Shown piece by piece: positions 8,053 to 16,183 of a stretch of 32,000 bases of DNA. The translations under genes were made by a program, and so were the position numbers. Source of the stretch: Formosa sp. Hel1_33_131 (GTDB taxonomy: Bacteria > Bacteroidota > Bacteroidia > Flavobacteriales > Flavobacteriaceae); contig NZ_CP017260.1 in the NCBI RefSeq assembly GCF_001735745.1, positions 2,703,159 to 2,735,158 of the forward strand. The letters are read 5' to 3'. The notes under the pieces were generated by a model. The model was not told the DNA's origin and did not search any database. It worked only from the letters and a program-made list of their open reading frames with translations. Every line of letters begins with the position of its first letter. Positions within the stretch are counted from its first letter, which is position 1.

Positions 8053-8175
8053 GCAAGTAATATAACCTACTAAAATTTATAATATTTCCATTTACCCTGT
8101 TCAATTCACATCATCACTTTTGCTCAACATCCATAATAAAAATTCAAAAAACTCCAAGTTAGAACAGAAATCGTT

Positions 8176-8183
8176 TATCTTTG
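8176..8183 (+). promoter_or_regulatory. Candidate -7 promoter box TATCTTTG
   Basis: Exact TAnnTTTG match, 115 nt upstream of the ATG at 8299. This would give an unusually long leader, so the call is less certain. Confidence 0.3.
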
Positions 8184-8298
8184 TGAGGATACCTGCAAAA
8201 AAACTTTCTGGAAAAAAGATCATTAATTTAGTAATTCCTCTGTGATTTACGAATTAAGCTATGCTTTTGGACAATTATAAAATTAAAAACGAGGAACT

Positions 8299-9243
8299 AT
8301 GAAGAAGGACAGAAGACAATTTTTAAAAAACACCACACTTGCGGTTATCGCGATGGGTGCATCTCCCTTACTAACAAAGGCTGATACTGGTAAATCTAGG
8401 GATCTATCAAATGTAAAACCACAAGAAGCCTGCAACCCGTTAACACAAGATTACTATGGTACGGGGCCATTTTATACACCCAATGCGCCGATTAGCTCTG
8501 ATGGTGTGATGATGCCAAGTGATGAAGTGGGAGTCCGTTTAAAATTATCGGGAATTATTAAAAATTTAGACTGCACAGAAGTCATTCCTGATACCGTATT
8601 GGACTTATGGCATGCCAACGACGCCGGTGCTTATGACAATACAGGTTTCAGCTTGAGACGAAAAATCATATCTAACAGTGCGGGTTTTTATAATTTAGAA
8701 ACTATTTTACCTGGAAAATACTTGAACGGCAGTAGCTACAGACCCAGTCATATTCATGTGAAGGTGACCACTCCTGGGTTTTCAACTTTTACAACTCAAC
8801 TGTATTTTGAAGGCGATACGAGTATTGCTGGAGACGCCGCTGCGTCCATTACTTCTGGTACTTTTGATGCCACAGATCGTATTATTCCTCTTGTGGATAA
8901 TGCGGGTGTTTTAGAAGGCACATGGGATGTTATTGTCGATGGAGATGGCATTCTTTCTGCAGATGATTTACACCTCACAAATGGGATGATTTACAACGTG
9001 AGCCCCAATCCATTTACAGATCAAGTGACTATTAATTATGGTGTTTTCAAGTCCTCAAAAGCACGTATAGAAATTTATAATTTGCAAGGGCAACTCGTCG
9101 CCAATGTAGAAAATAAACAACTGAATGCAAATAAATATTCAGCCGTTTGGAGACCAGAACCGTTTATGGCTTCTGGACTTTATTTTTGTGTGTTAAAAAT
9201 TAATGACCTTCAAGTACACTACTTGAAAATTTTGAAGAAATAA
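8299..9243 (+). CDS. Secreted intradiol-dioxygenase-like protein with a twin-arginine signal and a T9SS C-terminal sorting domain
   Basis: 314 aa. N-terminus MKKDRRQFLKNTTLAVIAMGASPLLTKA (Tat consensus RRxFLK). Core LDLWHANDAGAYDN...PGKY...YRPSHIHVKV...TQLYFEGD (intradiol dioxygenase signature region). C-terminus NVSPNPFTDQVTINY...IEIYNLQGQLV...SGLYFCVLKINDLQVHYLKILKK (Por/T9SS sorting-domain pattern). Confidence 0.75.
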   Translation: MKKDRRQFLKNTTLAVIAMGASPLLTKADTGKSRDLSNVKPQEACNPLTQDYYGTGPFYTPNAPISSDGVMMPSDEVGVRLKLSGIIKNLDCTEVIPDTVLDLWHANDAGAYDNTGFSLRRKIISNSAGFYNLETILPGKYLNGSSYRPSHIHVKVTTPGFSTFTTQLYFEGDTSIAGDAAASITSGTFDATDRIIPLVDNAGVLEGTWDVIVDGDGILSADDLHLTNGMIYNVSPNPFTDQVTINYGVFKSSKARIEIYNLQGQLVANVENKQLNANKYSAVWRPEPFMASGLYFCVLKINDLQVHYLKILKK

Positions 9244-9244
9244 T

Positions 9245-9275
9245 AGATTTCGATGCGCCTGCTTATTCGAAATCT
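9245..9275 (+). terminator. Candidate hairpin terminator after the dioxygenase-like gene
   Basis: Perfect 9-bp inverted repeat AGATTTCGA (9245-9253) / TCGAAATCT (9267-9275) with a 13-nt loop, starting 2 nt after the stop. It is followed by TCTTCTATAATATTT, which is only a weak U-tract. Confidence 0.4.
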
Positions 9276-9337
9276 TCTTCTATAATATTTGAGACATATA
9301 TCGATCGTTTTTACAGGAAATCGCATACCTTCGCCCG

Positions 9338-10213
9338 ATGCATTTAGAAAACCCTTACAGCGATCGTTATGATCTGAAACGATTGGCAATTCACCATCCA
9401 CAGTTACAAGAACACATTGTTTTAAACCCCTCAGGCGAAGAAACGATTGACTTTAGTAATTCAGCCGCGGTCTATGAATTGAATAAAGCCATGCTTTTGG
9501 CCGACTTTAAAGTTGAGAAATATGAATTGCCAATGGGCTATCTCATTCCTCCTGTCCCAGGACGTTTAGAATATTTATTACATATACGTGAGTTTCTTTC
9601 AGAACAATTTAATATCGATAAAAACACCAAACTACGAGGGTTAGACATCGGATCTGGTGCGAATGGCATCTATTGTATTTTGGGATTACAACATTTTAAT
9701 TGGACCATGGTAGGTGCTGAATGTGATGCCAATTCTGTAGAAATTGCAAAGGCTAACATGCAACATACAAAGTCATTAAAAAATAAGATTGAAATTCGAC
9801 ATCAAGAAAATAAAAGTTTCCTTTTTAAGAATATAATTAAAACGGATGAGCAATTTGATTTCACCGTTTGCAATCCCCCATTTCACACCTCTAAAGAAGA
9901 GGCGTTTAGAGGGTCTCAGAGAAAAATTAACAATTTAGGTCGTGAATTTGATAAAAAAGAAGTCGCTCTTAATTTTGAAGGTCAAGCCAACGAACTTTGG
10001 TGCAATGGTGGCGAAGCCCTTTTTATCAAACGATTGATAAAAGAAAGTACCGCGTTTAAAAATCAAGTGAAAGTCTTTTCTACACTGGTTTCAAAAACAG
10101 ATAGCCTCTCTAGTATTGATAAACAGCTTAAAAAAGCTAAAGCGAATTCTTATGTGTTGCCAATGGATTTGGGCAATAAGAAAAGTCGTATTGTTCTCTG
10201 GTGGTTTGATTAG
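9338..10213 (+). CDS. rlmF: 23S rRNA (adenine1618-N6)-methyltransferase
   Basis: 291 aa, colinear with E. coli RlmF as I recall it: YDLKRL, PPVPGRLEYLLHI, LDIGSGANGIY, FDFTVCNPPFH, ALNFEGQANELWCNGGEALFIKRLIKES, FSTLVSK. Confidence 0.85.
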   Translation: MHLENPYSDRYDLKRLAIHHPQLQEHIVLNPSGEETIDFSNSAAVYELNKAMLLADFKVEKYELPMGYLIPPVPGRLEYLLHIREFLSEQFNIDKNTKLRGLDIGSGANGIYCILGLQHFNWTMVGAECDANSVEIAKANMQHTKSLKNKIEIRHQENKSFLFKNIIKTDEQFDFTVCNPPFHTSKEEAFRGSQRKINNLGREFDKKEVALNFEGQANELWCNGGEALFIKRLIKESTAFKNQVKVFSTLVSKTDSLSSIDKQLKKAKANSYVLPMDLGNKKSRIVLWWFD

Positions 10214-11529
10214 GTTTCTAAGACCGTTACCCGTACTTTTTTCTTTTTGAGGCGTGTATTATTTAATTTCTCTACCAAGTCCTCTGCGATCGACTTAGGC
10301 ACTGCCACAAACGCACAATCTTGTTTTAACTCAATATTTCCGAGTTGATCCTTTGTAATATTCCCTTGTTTAAAAAAGAGTCCTGCAATATCCCCTTTTG
10401 AAATTTTGTCTTTTCGACCTCCAGAAATAAACAAAGTTTCCCAAAACTGTGGTTTACGAACCGACTGTTTAGAGATGTTAACGACTTTAGAATTATGAAT
10501 GTACGCTGGTAAATCTTCAGAGTCTCCTTTCATTATATAAGCCGTTCCTTTAGAATCGACTCTAGCAGCACGCCCATTTCTGTGAATAAATTCTTCTTTG
10601 GCGCGAGGTACTTCGTAATGGATAATAAATTTCAACTCAGGAATATCAATACCTCGAGAGGCTAGATCTGTCGCAATGAGAATCTGATTGGTGCCATTTC
10701 TAAACTTTATCAAAGAACGTTCTCTTTCTTTTTGTTCCATACCTCCTACAAAACAACTGTGGTTGATCTTATTTTTATCTAAAAAACGACTCACGGAATC
10801 AACACTGTCTCTTAAATTACAGAATACAATCCCTGTTTGGTTGCCAAGGTGTCCTACTAAATCCAAAAGCGTTTGAGGTTTATTTTTAGACGGATAGACT
10901 ACGGTTTTAATCTCCAGTTTAGAAACTACTTTTTCTTTCAAATAATTGACAGTGGTGGGTTGATCCAAACGTACAAACCCAGGGATGTTGATACTTTGAG
11001 TGGCAGAGGTTAAAATCCGTTTGTTGATATGTGGCAACTGATGGATAATTTCTTTCATTTCAGCTTCAAACCCATCTTCAAGCGACTTGTCAAACTCATC
11101 TAATATGAGCGTTTTTATGCTCGTTTTAGAAAAACGGTCGTTGCTAAAATGATCTGCAATTCTACCGGGCGTACCTATTAAAATAGCGGGTACGTGTTTG
11201 ATTTCAATTTTATCTTTAGACATTGGACGTCCGCCATACACAGCATTCACTTTAAATCCAGAACCCATACTGCGGACTACTTGTTCAATCTGTATGGCCA
11301 GTTCTCTTGAAGGCACAATAATCAAGGCTTGCACCTCTTTACTTTCGGGATCAAGTAATTTGATAAGTGGCAATAAAAAAGCCAATGTTTTACCTGTTCC
11401 TGTAGGTGATAATAAGATGGTATTGGTTGTTCTATCAATCACCGAAATCGCTTCCTCTTGCATTGGATTCAATACATGAATATTTAATTTCGTTAAAATA
11501 TCTTGTTGTTCTTTAATTGTATTTGCCAT
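10210..11529 (-). CDS. dbpA: DEAD-box ATP-dependent RNA helicase with a DbpA-type C-terminal RNA-binding domain
   Basis: 439 aa. Q motif NPMQEEAI; motif I SPTGTGKT; PSRELA; TPGR; motif II is DEFD, not DEAD; SAT; HRNGRAAR. The C-terminus GGRKDKISKGDIAGLFFKQGNITKDQLGNIELKQDCAFVAVPKSIAEDLVEKLNNTRLKKKKVRV aligns with the DbpA RNA-binding domain pattern. Confidence 0.8.
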   Translation of the reverse strand: MANTIKEQQDILTKLNIHVLNPMQEEAISVIDRTTNTILLSPTGTGKTLAFLLPLIKLLDPESKEVQALIIVPSRELAIQIEQVVRSMGSGFKVNAVYGGRPMSKDKIEIKHVPAILIGTPGRIADHFSNDRFSKTSIKTLILDEFDKSLEDGFEAEMKEIIHQLPHINKRILTSATQSINIPGFVRLDQPTTVNYLKEKVVSKLEIKTVVYPSKNKPQTLLDLVGHLGNQTGIVFCNLRDSVDSVSRFLDKNKINHSCFVGGMEQKERERSLIKFRNGTNQILIATDLASRGIDIPELKFIIHYEVPRAKEEFIHRNGRAARVDSKGTAYIMKGDSEDLPAYIHNSKVVNISKQSVRKPQFWETLFISGGRKDKISKGDIAGLFFKQGNITKDQLGNIELKQDCAFVAVPKSIAEDLVEKLNNTRLKKKKVRVTVLET

Positions 11530-11534
11530 AATAA

Positions 11535-12866
11535 TTACTTCTTTTTTGAAACCTCAATTTTTGATTGCGCTGTACTTGTTTGCGCCAGATAATTTGCCAA
11601 TACTTTTTCGATCAATTCCTCTTTGGTCAAATGGTGAAAAATGGTACTTATATCTGCTCTGAATGTATCTGAAATCGTACGATTGGGTTTGGTCTTAAAT
11701 ATTTTTTTAGCCCACAACAATCCGTTGTTTTCTTCGATACTTTGGGCGTCTGCTTTTTTGAATTCATTAAATTTAATTCCCAATTCTTTTTCAAATTCAG
11801 GAAGGTCTTGAACTTCTTCTGCTTGTAATATGGTTAAGGACAATCCCTTTGCGCCTGCTCTCGCTGTACGTCCACTTCTGTGTACATAGGCTTCAAAGGT
11901 GTCTGGCAAATGATAATTGACAACATAGGCGATTTCTTTCACATCAATACCACGAGCAGCTAAATCCGTTGCCACCAAAATATCAATAAAGCCTTCTCTA
12001 AATTGTCCCATGATCCGATCGCGAATGCCTTGAGACAAACTCCCATGAAGCGCACCAGATGAGAATTTATTAATGGCTAAATTTTTAGCTAATTTATTAA
12101 CCGCTGCTTTTGTTTTACAAAATATAATGCTACGTTGTCCTTCTTTGCTACTTAAAAAATGCATCAAAACATTCAGTTTTTCAATAGGTTCCACCACCAC
12201 ATATTGATGATCGATGCCTTGATGACCAACCGTTTTCATGTCGGCTTCTATTTGCATCACATGTTTCGACATGTAATTTTGAACCAATTGTTTAATCGCA
12301 CCTGAAAGTGTAGCGGTAAACAACAGCGTTCTGCGTGTTTTTGGAATTTCTTTAATAATAAGATCCAAATCTTGTTTTAAAGCACTCACCATTTCATCGG
12401 CTTCGTCCAATACTAAATACGATAACTGTTTAAGATTAATCGCGCCACGCTTCACTAAATCCACCAAACGTCCTGGGGTTGCCACCACAATATGGGTTGG
12501 CGATTTTAAACGTTCTATTTGAGGTCTTATAGGAATTCCACCACAGACAGCTGCCACAGATATTTCTGGACTATGCACCGCATACGCAGTTAAGTTCGTA
12601 TGAATTTGTTGTCCTAACTCACGGGTGGGTGCTAATATGACCACTTGTACATGAGCGTTTTCTAGGTTGATTAACTGCAACAAAGGAATTCCAAAGGCCG
12701 CAGTTTTTCCTGTACCCGTTTTGGCAACAGCGACGATGTCTTCCGTTTGATTTAGAACCACCGGAATGGTTTTTACTTGAATGTCTGTAGGAACAGAAAT
12801 TTGTAAATCGGCTAAGCCTTGTTGCAAGAGTATATTAATTCCTAAATCAGAAAACGGTTTTGACAT
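11535..12866 (-). CDS. DEAD-box ATP-dependent RNA helicase
   Basis: 443 aa. AKTGTGKTAAF, PTRELGQQ, TPGR, VLDEADEM, TAT, HRSGRTARAG, plus a ~70-aa C-terminal extension. Its stop lies 5 nt upstream of the dbpA-like start, so the two are probably co-transcribed. Confidence 0.9.
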   Translation of the reverse strand: MSKPFSDLGINILLQQGLADLQISVPTDIQVKTIPVVLNQTEDIVAVAKTGTGKTAAFGIPLLQLINLENAHVQVVILAPTRELGQQIHTNLTAYAVHSPEISVAAVCGGIPIRPQIERLKSPTHIVVATPGRLVDLVKRGAINLKQLSYLVLDEADEMVSALKQDLDLIIKEIPKTRRTLLFTATLSGAIKQLVQNYMSKHVMQIEADMKTVGHQGIDHQYVVVEPIEKLNVLMHFLSSKEGQRSIIFCKTKAAVNKLAKNLAINKFSSGALHGSLSQGIRDRIMGQFREGFIDILVATDLAARGIDVKEIAYVVNYHLPDTFEAYVHRSGRTARAGAKGLSLTILQAEEVQDLPEFEKELGIKFNEFKKADAQSIEENNGLLWAKKIFKTKPNRTISDTFRADISTIFHHLTKEELIEKVLANYLAQTSTAQSKIEVSKKK

Positions 12867-12880
12867 AACATAGTTTTATG

Positions 12881-12888
12881 CAAAGATA
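12881..12888 (-). promoter_or_regulatory. Candidate -7 promoter box TATCTTTG
   Basis: Exact TAnnTTTG match on the minus strand, 14 nt upstream of the ATG at 12866. The implied leader is very short. Confidence 0.35.
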
Positions 12889-12984
12889 ACTATACAAAAT
12901 CCGAGAATCGTGTAAAATGGATTGCGAATTCAATTTAAAAAAGATAAAAAGAATAGATTAAGAAAGCCCCACCAAAATAGACGC

Positions 12985-13434
12985 TTAAGCTTCTTGAACG
13001 GTGCGCTTAGATTTTCTGTAGATGTAATTCGGGTAAATGCTTCGTTTTGCAAAACGATTCAATTTGTTAGAATTAATCATCTTTATGTAGATTGGTTTTG
13101 TTACCCCAAAGTATTCGTAAGTAGTCCCATCTAAAAAGGTGATTTCTAAGAGCATTCCTTTGTGAATATAATCTGCAATTCCAGAGTTGTTAATCGTCTC
13201 CGTATAAACATCTAAATTCGCTGCGATTGTTTCGGGAGCGATGCTCACTAAAAAATGATAGCCATCAATGATTTCACGACTTTTTAATTCAGCCTCTTCC
13301 GCTTTAGAATCGTTTTCTTGAAACTTATCTGGATGCCATTCTTTTACTAGATTACGGTAACTCTTTTTGAGTGTCTTAAGGTCAATTTCCTTTTCAACAC
13401 TAAATAGTTTCTTATATTGACTGATACGCTTCAT
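12985..13434 (-). CDS. J-domain (DnaJ-like) protein fused to a KTSC domain
   Basis: 149 aa. N-terminus LKKSYRNLVKEWHPDKF (HPD motif). C-terminus LLEITFLDGTTYEYFGVTKPIYIKMINSNKLNRFAKRSIYPNYIYRK fits the KTSC-domain pattern. Confidence 0.7.
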   Translation of the reverse strand: MKRISQYKKLFSVEKEIDLKTLKKSYRNLVKEWHPDKFQENDSKAEEAELKSREIIDGYHFLVSIAPETIAANLDVYTETINNSGIADYIHKGMLLEITFLDGTTYEYFGVTKPIYIKMINSNKLNRFAKRSIYPNYIYRKSKRTVQEA

Positions 13435-13558
13435 AAACTCATTTTTTAGCAGCTGCGAAACTACATCTTTATTATGAACAAGGGACTGTAATTAGGCTGT
13501 TTTTATTTCTAAATAAGTTAAACAAAAATTTCAATCCTATCTTATTACGATTGGGCAC

Positions 13559-13591
13559 AAAAAAAGCCCAACATTTAATGTTGAGCTTTTT
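13559..13591 (-). terminator. Rho-independent terminator downstream of the cold-shock gene, with U-tracts on both strands
   Basis: The minus-strand transcript reads AAAAAGCUCAACA-UUAAA-UGUUGGGCUUUUUUU. The stem pairs 13579-13586 with 13566-13573 (8 bp including one G-U), followed by seven U (13559-13565). It lies 22 nt after the csp stop. Confidence 0.75.
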
Positions 13592-13612
13592 ATTAAACTT
13601 GAAGTATATTTA

Positions 13613-13804
13613 TTAGATAACTTTTACGTTTACTGCATTTAATCCTTTGTTTCCTTCTTGAAGATCAAATTCAACTGAATCGCCTTCGCGAATCTCGTCA
13701 ACTAATCCTGAAATGTGTACAAAATGATCTTTTTCAACTCCTTCTTCAGTGATAAATCCAAATCCTTTAGATTCATTGAAAAACTTTACTGTTCCTTTAC
13801 TCAT
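13613..13804 (-). CDS. Cold-shock protein (CspA family, CSD)
   Basis: [34 protein letters not shown]..., 63 aa, with RNP1-like KGFGFI and RNP2-like FVH. I moved the start to the ATG at 13802-13804 because the track's upstream ATG (13846) lies inside the -7 promoter box. Confidence 0.9.
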   Translation of the reverse strand: MSKGTVKFFNESKGFGFITEEGVEKDHFVHISGLVDEIREGDSVEFDLQEGNKGLNAVNVKVI

Positions 13805-13835
13805 AATAGTGTAATTAAAATTTATAATATTTTTG

Positions 13836-13843
13836 CAAACGTA
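13836..13843 (-). promoter_or_regulatory. Candidate -7 promoter box TACGTTTG for csp
   Basis: Exact TAnnTTTG match, 31 nt upstream of the ATG at 13804. It is part of a 17-nt element shared with the helicase promoter at 16007-16023. Confidence 0.5.
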
Positions 13844-13904
13844 CAACCTTTTAATTAAAATACCACTATTTAAATTACTTATTTTCAGTTTATTAAAAAT
13901 ATGA

Positions 13905-14438
13905 TTATTTTAATGTAATGCTTTCAATTGCTAAATAAAAGTGTTCATTGGTTTTGTTCCCTATTAAAAACGCAATTTGTTCAATTTTGTCCGCATCAAA
14001 ATTGGGAAGATCCAATTGCCTACCTCTAAATCTTGGAGAAAAATCTTTGAGTGGAATGCAGATTTCTTGTTCTAATCCTGTGGTTGTAAACGTATATATA
14101 TACGAATGGCGTTGGTTATCTGAATCTTTTAATCTGAATTGGTAGGATTTACCATCGCCTTTTAATTTTAAAACAACCGTTTCAAAACCACTCGTTTTAA
14201 TTCCATCAAAATCATAGCGAAGTGAAGAGAATCCCCCGTTGTTTTCAGTCGATACATAACCTTCAAACACTCCGAAACCCTCTGAATTGATCGTGAAATC
14301 TCCTTGAGACCTCCCTCCCATCACACGGTCATCTACAATTTGCCATCCTTTGGTAGAACTACCCGATTCAAATTCAAAAATAACATTTGGTGATTGGAAC
14401 ATATTCATAACGGTAAATATAATCAATGTATAAAACAT
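13905..14438 (-). CDS. CIA30 (complex I intermediate-associated protein 30)-family protein with a hydrophobic N-terminus
   Basis: 177 aa. [17 protein letters not shown]...NNGGFSSLR matches the CIA30 family signature region. The N-terminus [14 protein letters not shown] is hydrophobic. Confidence 0.65.
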   Translation of the reverse strand: MFYTLIIFTVMNMFQSPNVIFEFESGSSTKGWQIVDDRVMGGRSQGDFTINSEGFGVFEGYVSTENNGGFSSLRYDFDGIKTSGFETVVLKLKGDGKSYQFRLKDSDNQRHSYIYTFTTTGLEQEICIPLKDFSPRFRGRQLDLPNFDADKIEQIAFLIGNKTNEHFYLAIESITLK

Positions 14439-14449
14439 AGTTTTAAAAT

Positions 14450-15991
14450 CTAAACTTTTGGAAGTGCTTCTAGAATTTCATCAAAATTCTCTCTTAAATA
14501 GGCTCTTAATTTCTTTTTGTAATCTTCTTTAAGCCACGTCAAAAAGTTATGTGTACTCTTACTTATACATTTTGAATAGCGATGGATTCTGAAATCAATA
14601 TCATCTGTGAGAAGTTTAACAAGGGCCAATGCATCGTAAACATCTTCACTGTTTTCTATACATATAAGCGCATGTTGCTCAATAGAACGTTTCAAAACTA
14701 CCTTTGAGGACTCGCCACTTCTAATGGATTGAATATAGGTTTTATTGACGTCGAAATACACATCTTCAGAATTAGAGAATGAGGCTCTAATGTCTTCAGG
14801 CATTTCATAAATAAAATTACTTTCGAGCTCTTCATCACTTAAGACACCATCTAAATAATAATTTGGATACTTAAAAATGCGTTGCCAATCTAGGTTTGTA
14901 CTTCCCCAAGGGCCAAAACGGTGAAAGTTATTCCCTAAATCAATCACGTCAAAAGAGTTTTTATTCTTTAAAATACGAGACCCTCTACCAATCATTTGGT
15001 AGTATAGTGTCAACGATTTAGTCGCACGATTTAAGATAATAGACTCTACAGTTGGCTCATCAAAACCAGTGGTCAATATACTCACTGAGGTTAGAATGGC
15101 ATTGGGCGTCTCCTTAAACCATTTAAGGATTTGAGTACGTTCTTTTTTAGAGGCCGTATTATCTAAATGTGCTACAGGATAACCGGCGTTTCTAAACAAG
15201 TCATAAACAAATAAGGAGGTATTGATACCGTTATTAAATATCAATGTTTTCTTTCCTTCGCAACGTTCGTTATAGGCTTCCATTAACTTGGAAAGCATCT
15301 CATTATTGGTATATAAATCTTCCGAAGATTTCACTGTATAATCTCCGTTGGCACCAACCACTAAAGAGGTCAATCCAACATTATAGGAATACATTTTAGC
15401 CTGAGCTAAAAATTCATTTTCAATCAGGGATTCAATACTCTCCCCAACAATTAATTCATTATAATTATCGGCCATTGGAAGTTCAATATTTGAACTTAAG
15501 GGCGTCGCAGTCACTCCTAAAACGAATGATTTTTCAAAGAATTTGAAAAGTTTCGTGAATGAATTGTAATGAGCTTCATCAATAATAATCAGCCCGATAT
15601 CTGAAATGTCTAATTTATCGTCTTTTAATCGATTGTTGAGGGTTTCAACCATCGCAACAAAACAATCAAATTTAGATTGGTCTTCTAAATTAGCTTTGCT
15701 ATCAATCACTTTATTTTGAACTCCAAATTCTGTCAATACAGAAGATGTTTGTTTGCAGAGCTCAATTCTGTGGGTCATTACCAACACTTTTTTCTTGTGT
15801 GTTTTTAGGTATTGACTTACAATTTCAGAAAAGATAACGGTTTTACCACCACCTGTTGGCAACTGGTACAAAAGGTGATAATCATCTGCTGCTGTTTCAA
15901 AACATTGAAAGATTTTTTGTATGGCTCCCTTCTGGTAGCTATAGAGTTCTTTGCCCGTTTTACGTTCTTCTTGTTCTGAAATGGAAAGCAT
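14450..15991 (-). CDS. Superfamily-2 DEAD/DEAH-box helicase (ResIII/SSL2-like) with an uncharacterised ~140-aa C-terminal domain
   Basis: Motif I LPTGGGKT, motif II IIIDEAHY, motif III GVTATP, motif VI QMIGRGSR. I set the start to the ATG at 15989-15991 (MLSISEQEE...) because the track's upstream ATG overlaps the -7 box. Confidence 0.8.
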   Translation of the reverse strand: MLSISEQEERKTGKELYSYQKGAIQKIFQCFETAADDYHLLYQLPTGGGKTVIFSEIVSQYLKTHKKKVLVMTHRIELCKQTSSVLTEFGVQNKVIDSKANLEDQSKFDCFVAMVETLNNRLKDDKLDISDIGLIIIDEAHYNSFTKLFKFFEKSFVLGVTATPLSSNIELPMADNYNELIVGESIESLIENEFLAQAKMYSYNVGLTSLVVGANGDYTVKSSEDLYTNNEMLSKLMEAYNERCEGKKTLIFNNGINTSLFVYDLFRNAGYPVAHLDNTASKKERTQILKWFKETPNAILTSVSILTTGFDEPTVESIILNRATKSLTLYYQMIGRGSRILKNKNSFDVIDLGNNFHRFGPWGSTNLDWQRIFKYPNYYLDGVLSDEELESNFIYEMPEDIRASFSNSEDVYFDVNKTYIQSIRSGESSKVVLKRSIEQHALICIENSEDVYDALALVKLLTDDIDFRIHRYSKCISKSTHNFLTWLKEDYKKKLRAYLRENFDEILEALPKV

Positions 15992-16013
15992 AGTTCGTTT
16001 TGGTTGATTTTTG

Positions 16014-16021
16014 CAAAAGTA
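16014..16021 (-). promoter_or_regulatory. Candidate -7 promoter box TACTTTTG for the SF2 helicase
   Basis: Exact TAnnTTTG match, 22 nt upstream of the ATG at 15991. Confidence 0.5.
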
Positions 16022-16183
16022 CATTCTTTATTGAGTATATAAAGAATTATTCTAACATATTTTTTTGTAATTGATTAAAATAAATATTAGTCTTATTTTT
16101 TATTTCTGAAAATTAAATCTATATGATTATTTTTTAATTGATTTAAAAATTATTACTTTTAAAAAATTTTAACCTCAAATATT

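Noticed and set aside
4580-8298. Flanking direct repeats or att-like sites delimiting the R-M island.
   Set aside because: I compared the 34-bp left junction (4580-4613) with the 293-bp right junction (8006-8298) and found only short AT-rich partial matches (for example TAGGTTAAATT against AACCTACTAAAATTT in inverted orientation). These are not convincing, so the island boundaries remain undefined.
8261-8302. A 13-codon upstream ORF (MLLDNYKIKNEEL) whose TGA stop overlaps the ATG of the dioxygenase-like gene (ATGA).
   Set aside because: It is very short, unsupported by any conservation I can assess, and easily produced by chance in AT-rich leader sequence. I keep it only as a note.
13805-13846. 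N-terminal extensions given by the ORF track for csp ([14 protein letters not shown]-), the SF2 helicase (15992-16024, MYFCKNQPKRT-), the M42 peptidase (20636-20665, TTG start) and the THUMP methyltransferase (17782-17784, TTG).
   Set aside because: For csp and the helicase, the upstream start codons fall inside or upstream of exact TAnnTTTG -7 boxes. For the other two, they are non-ATG codons in AT-rich leader immediately before a good ATG. The family N-termini (MSKGTVKFF for Csp, for example) begin at the downstream ATG.
14450-15991. The SF2 ResIII-like helicase as part of a defence system.
   Set aside because: It stands alone with no adjacent nuclease, methyltransferase or other defence-type partner. 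Its composition matches the flanking core genes, and it has its own housekeeping-like promoter.
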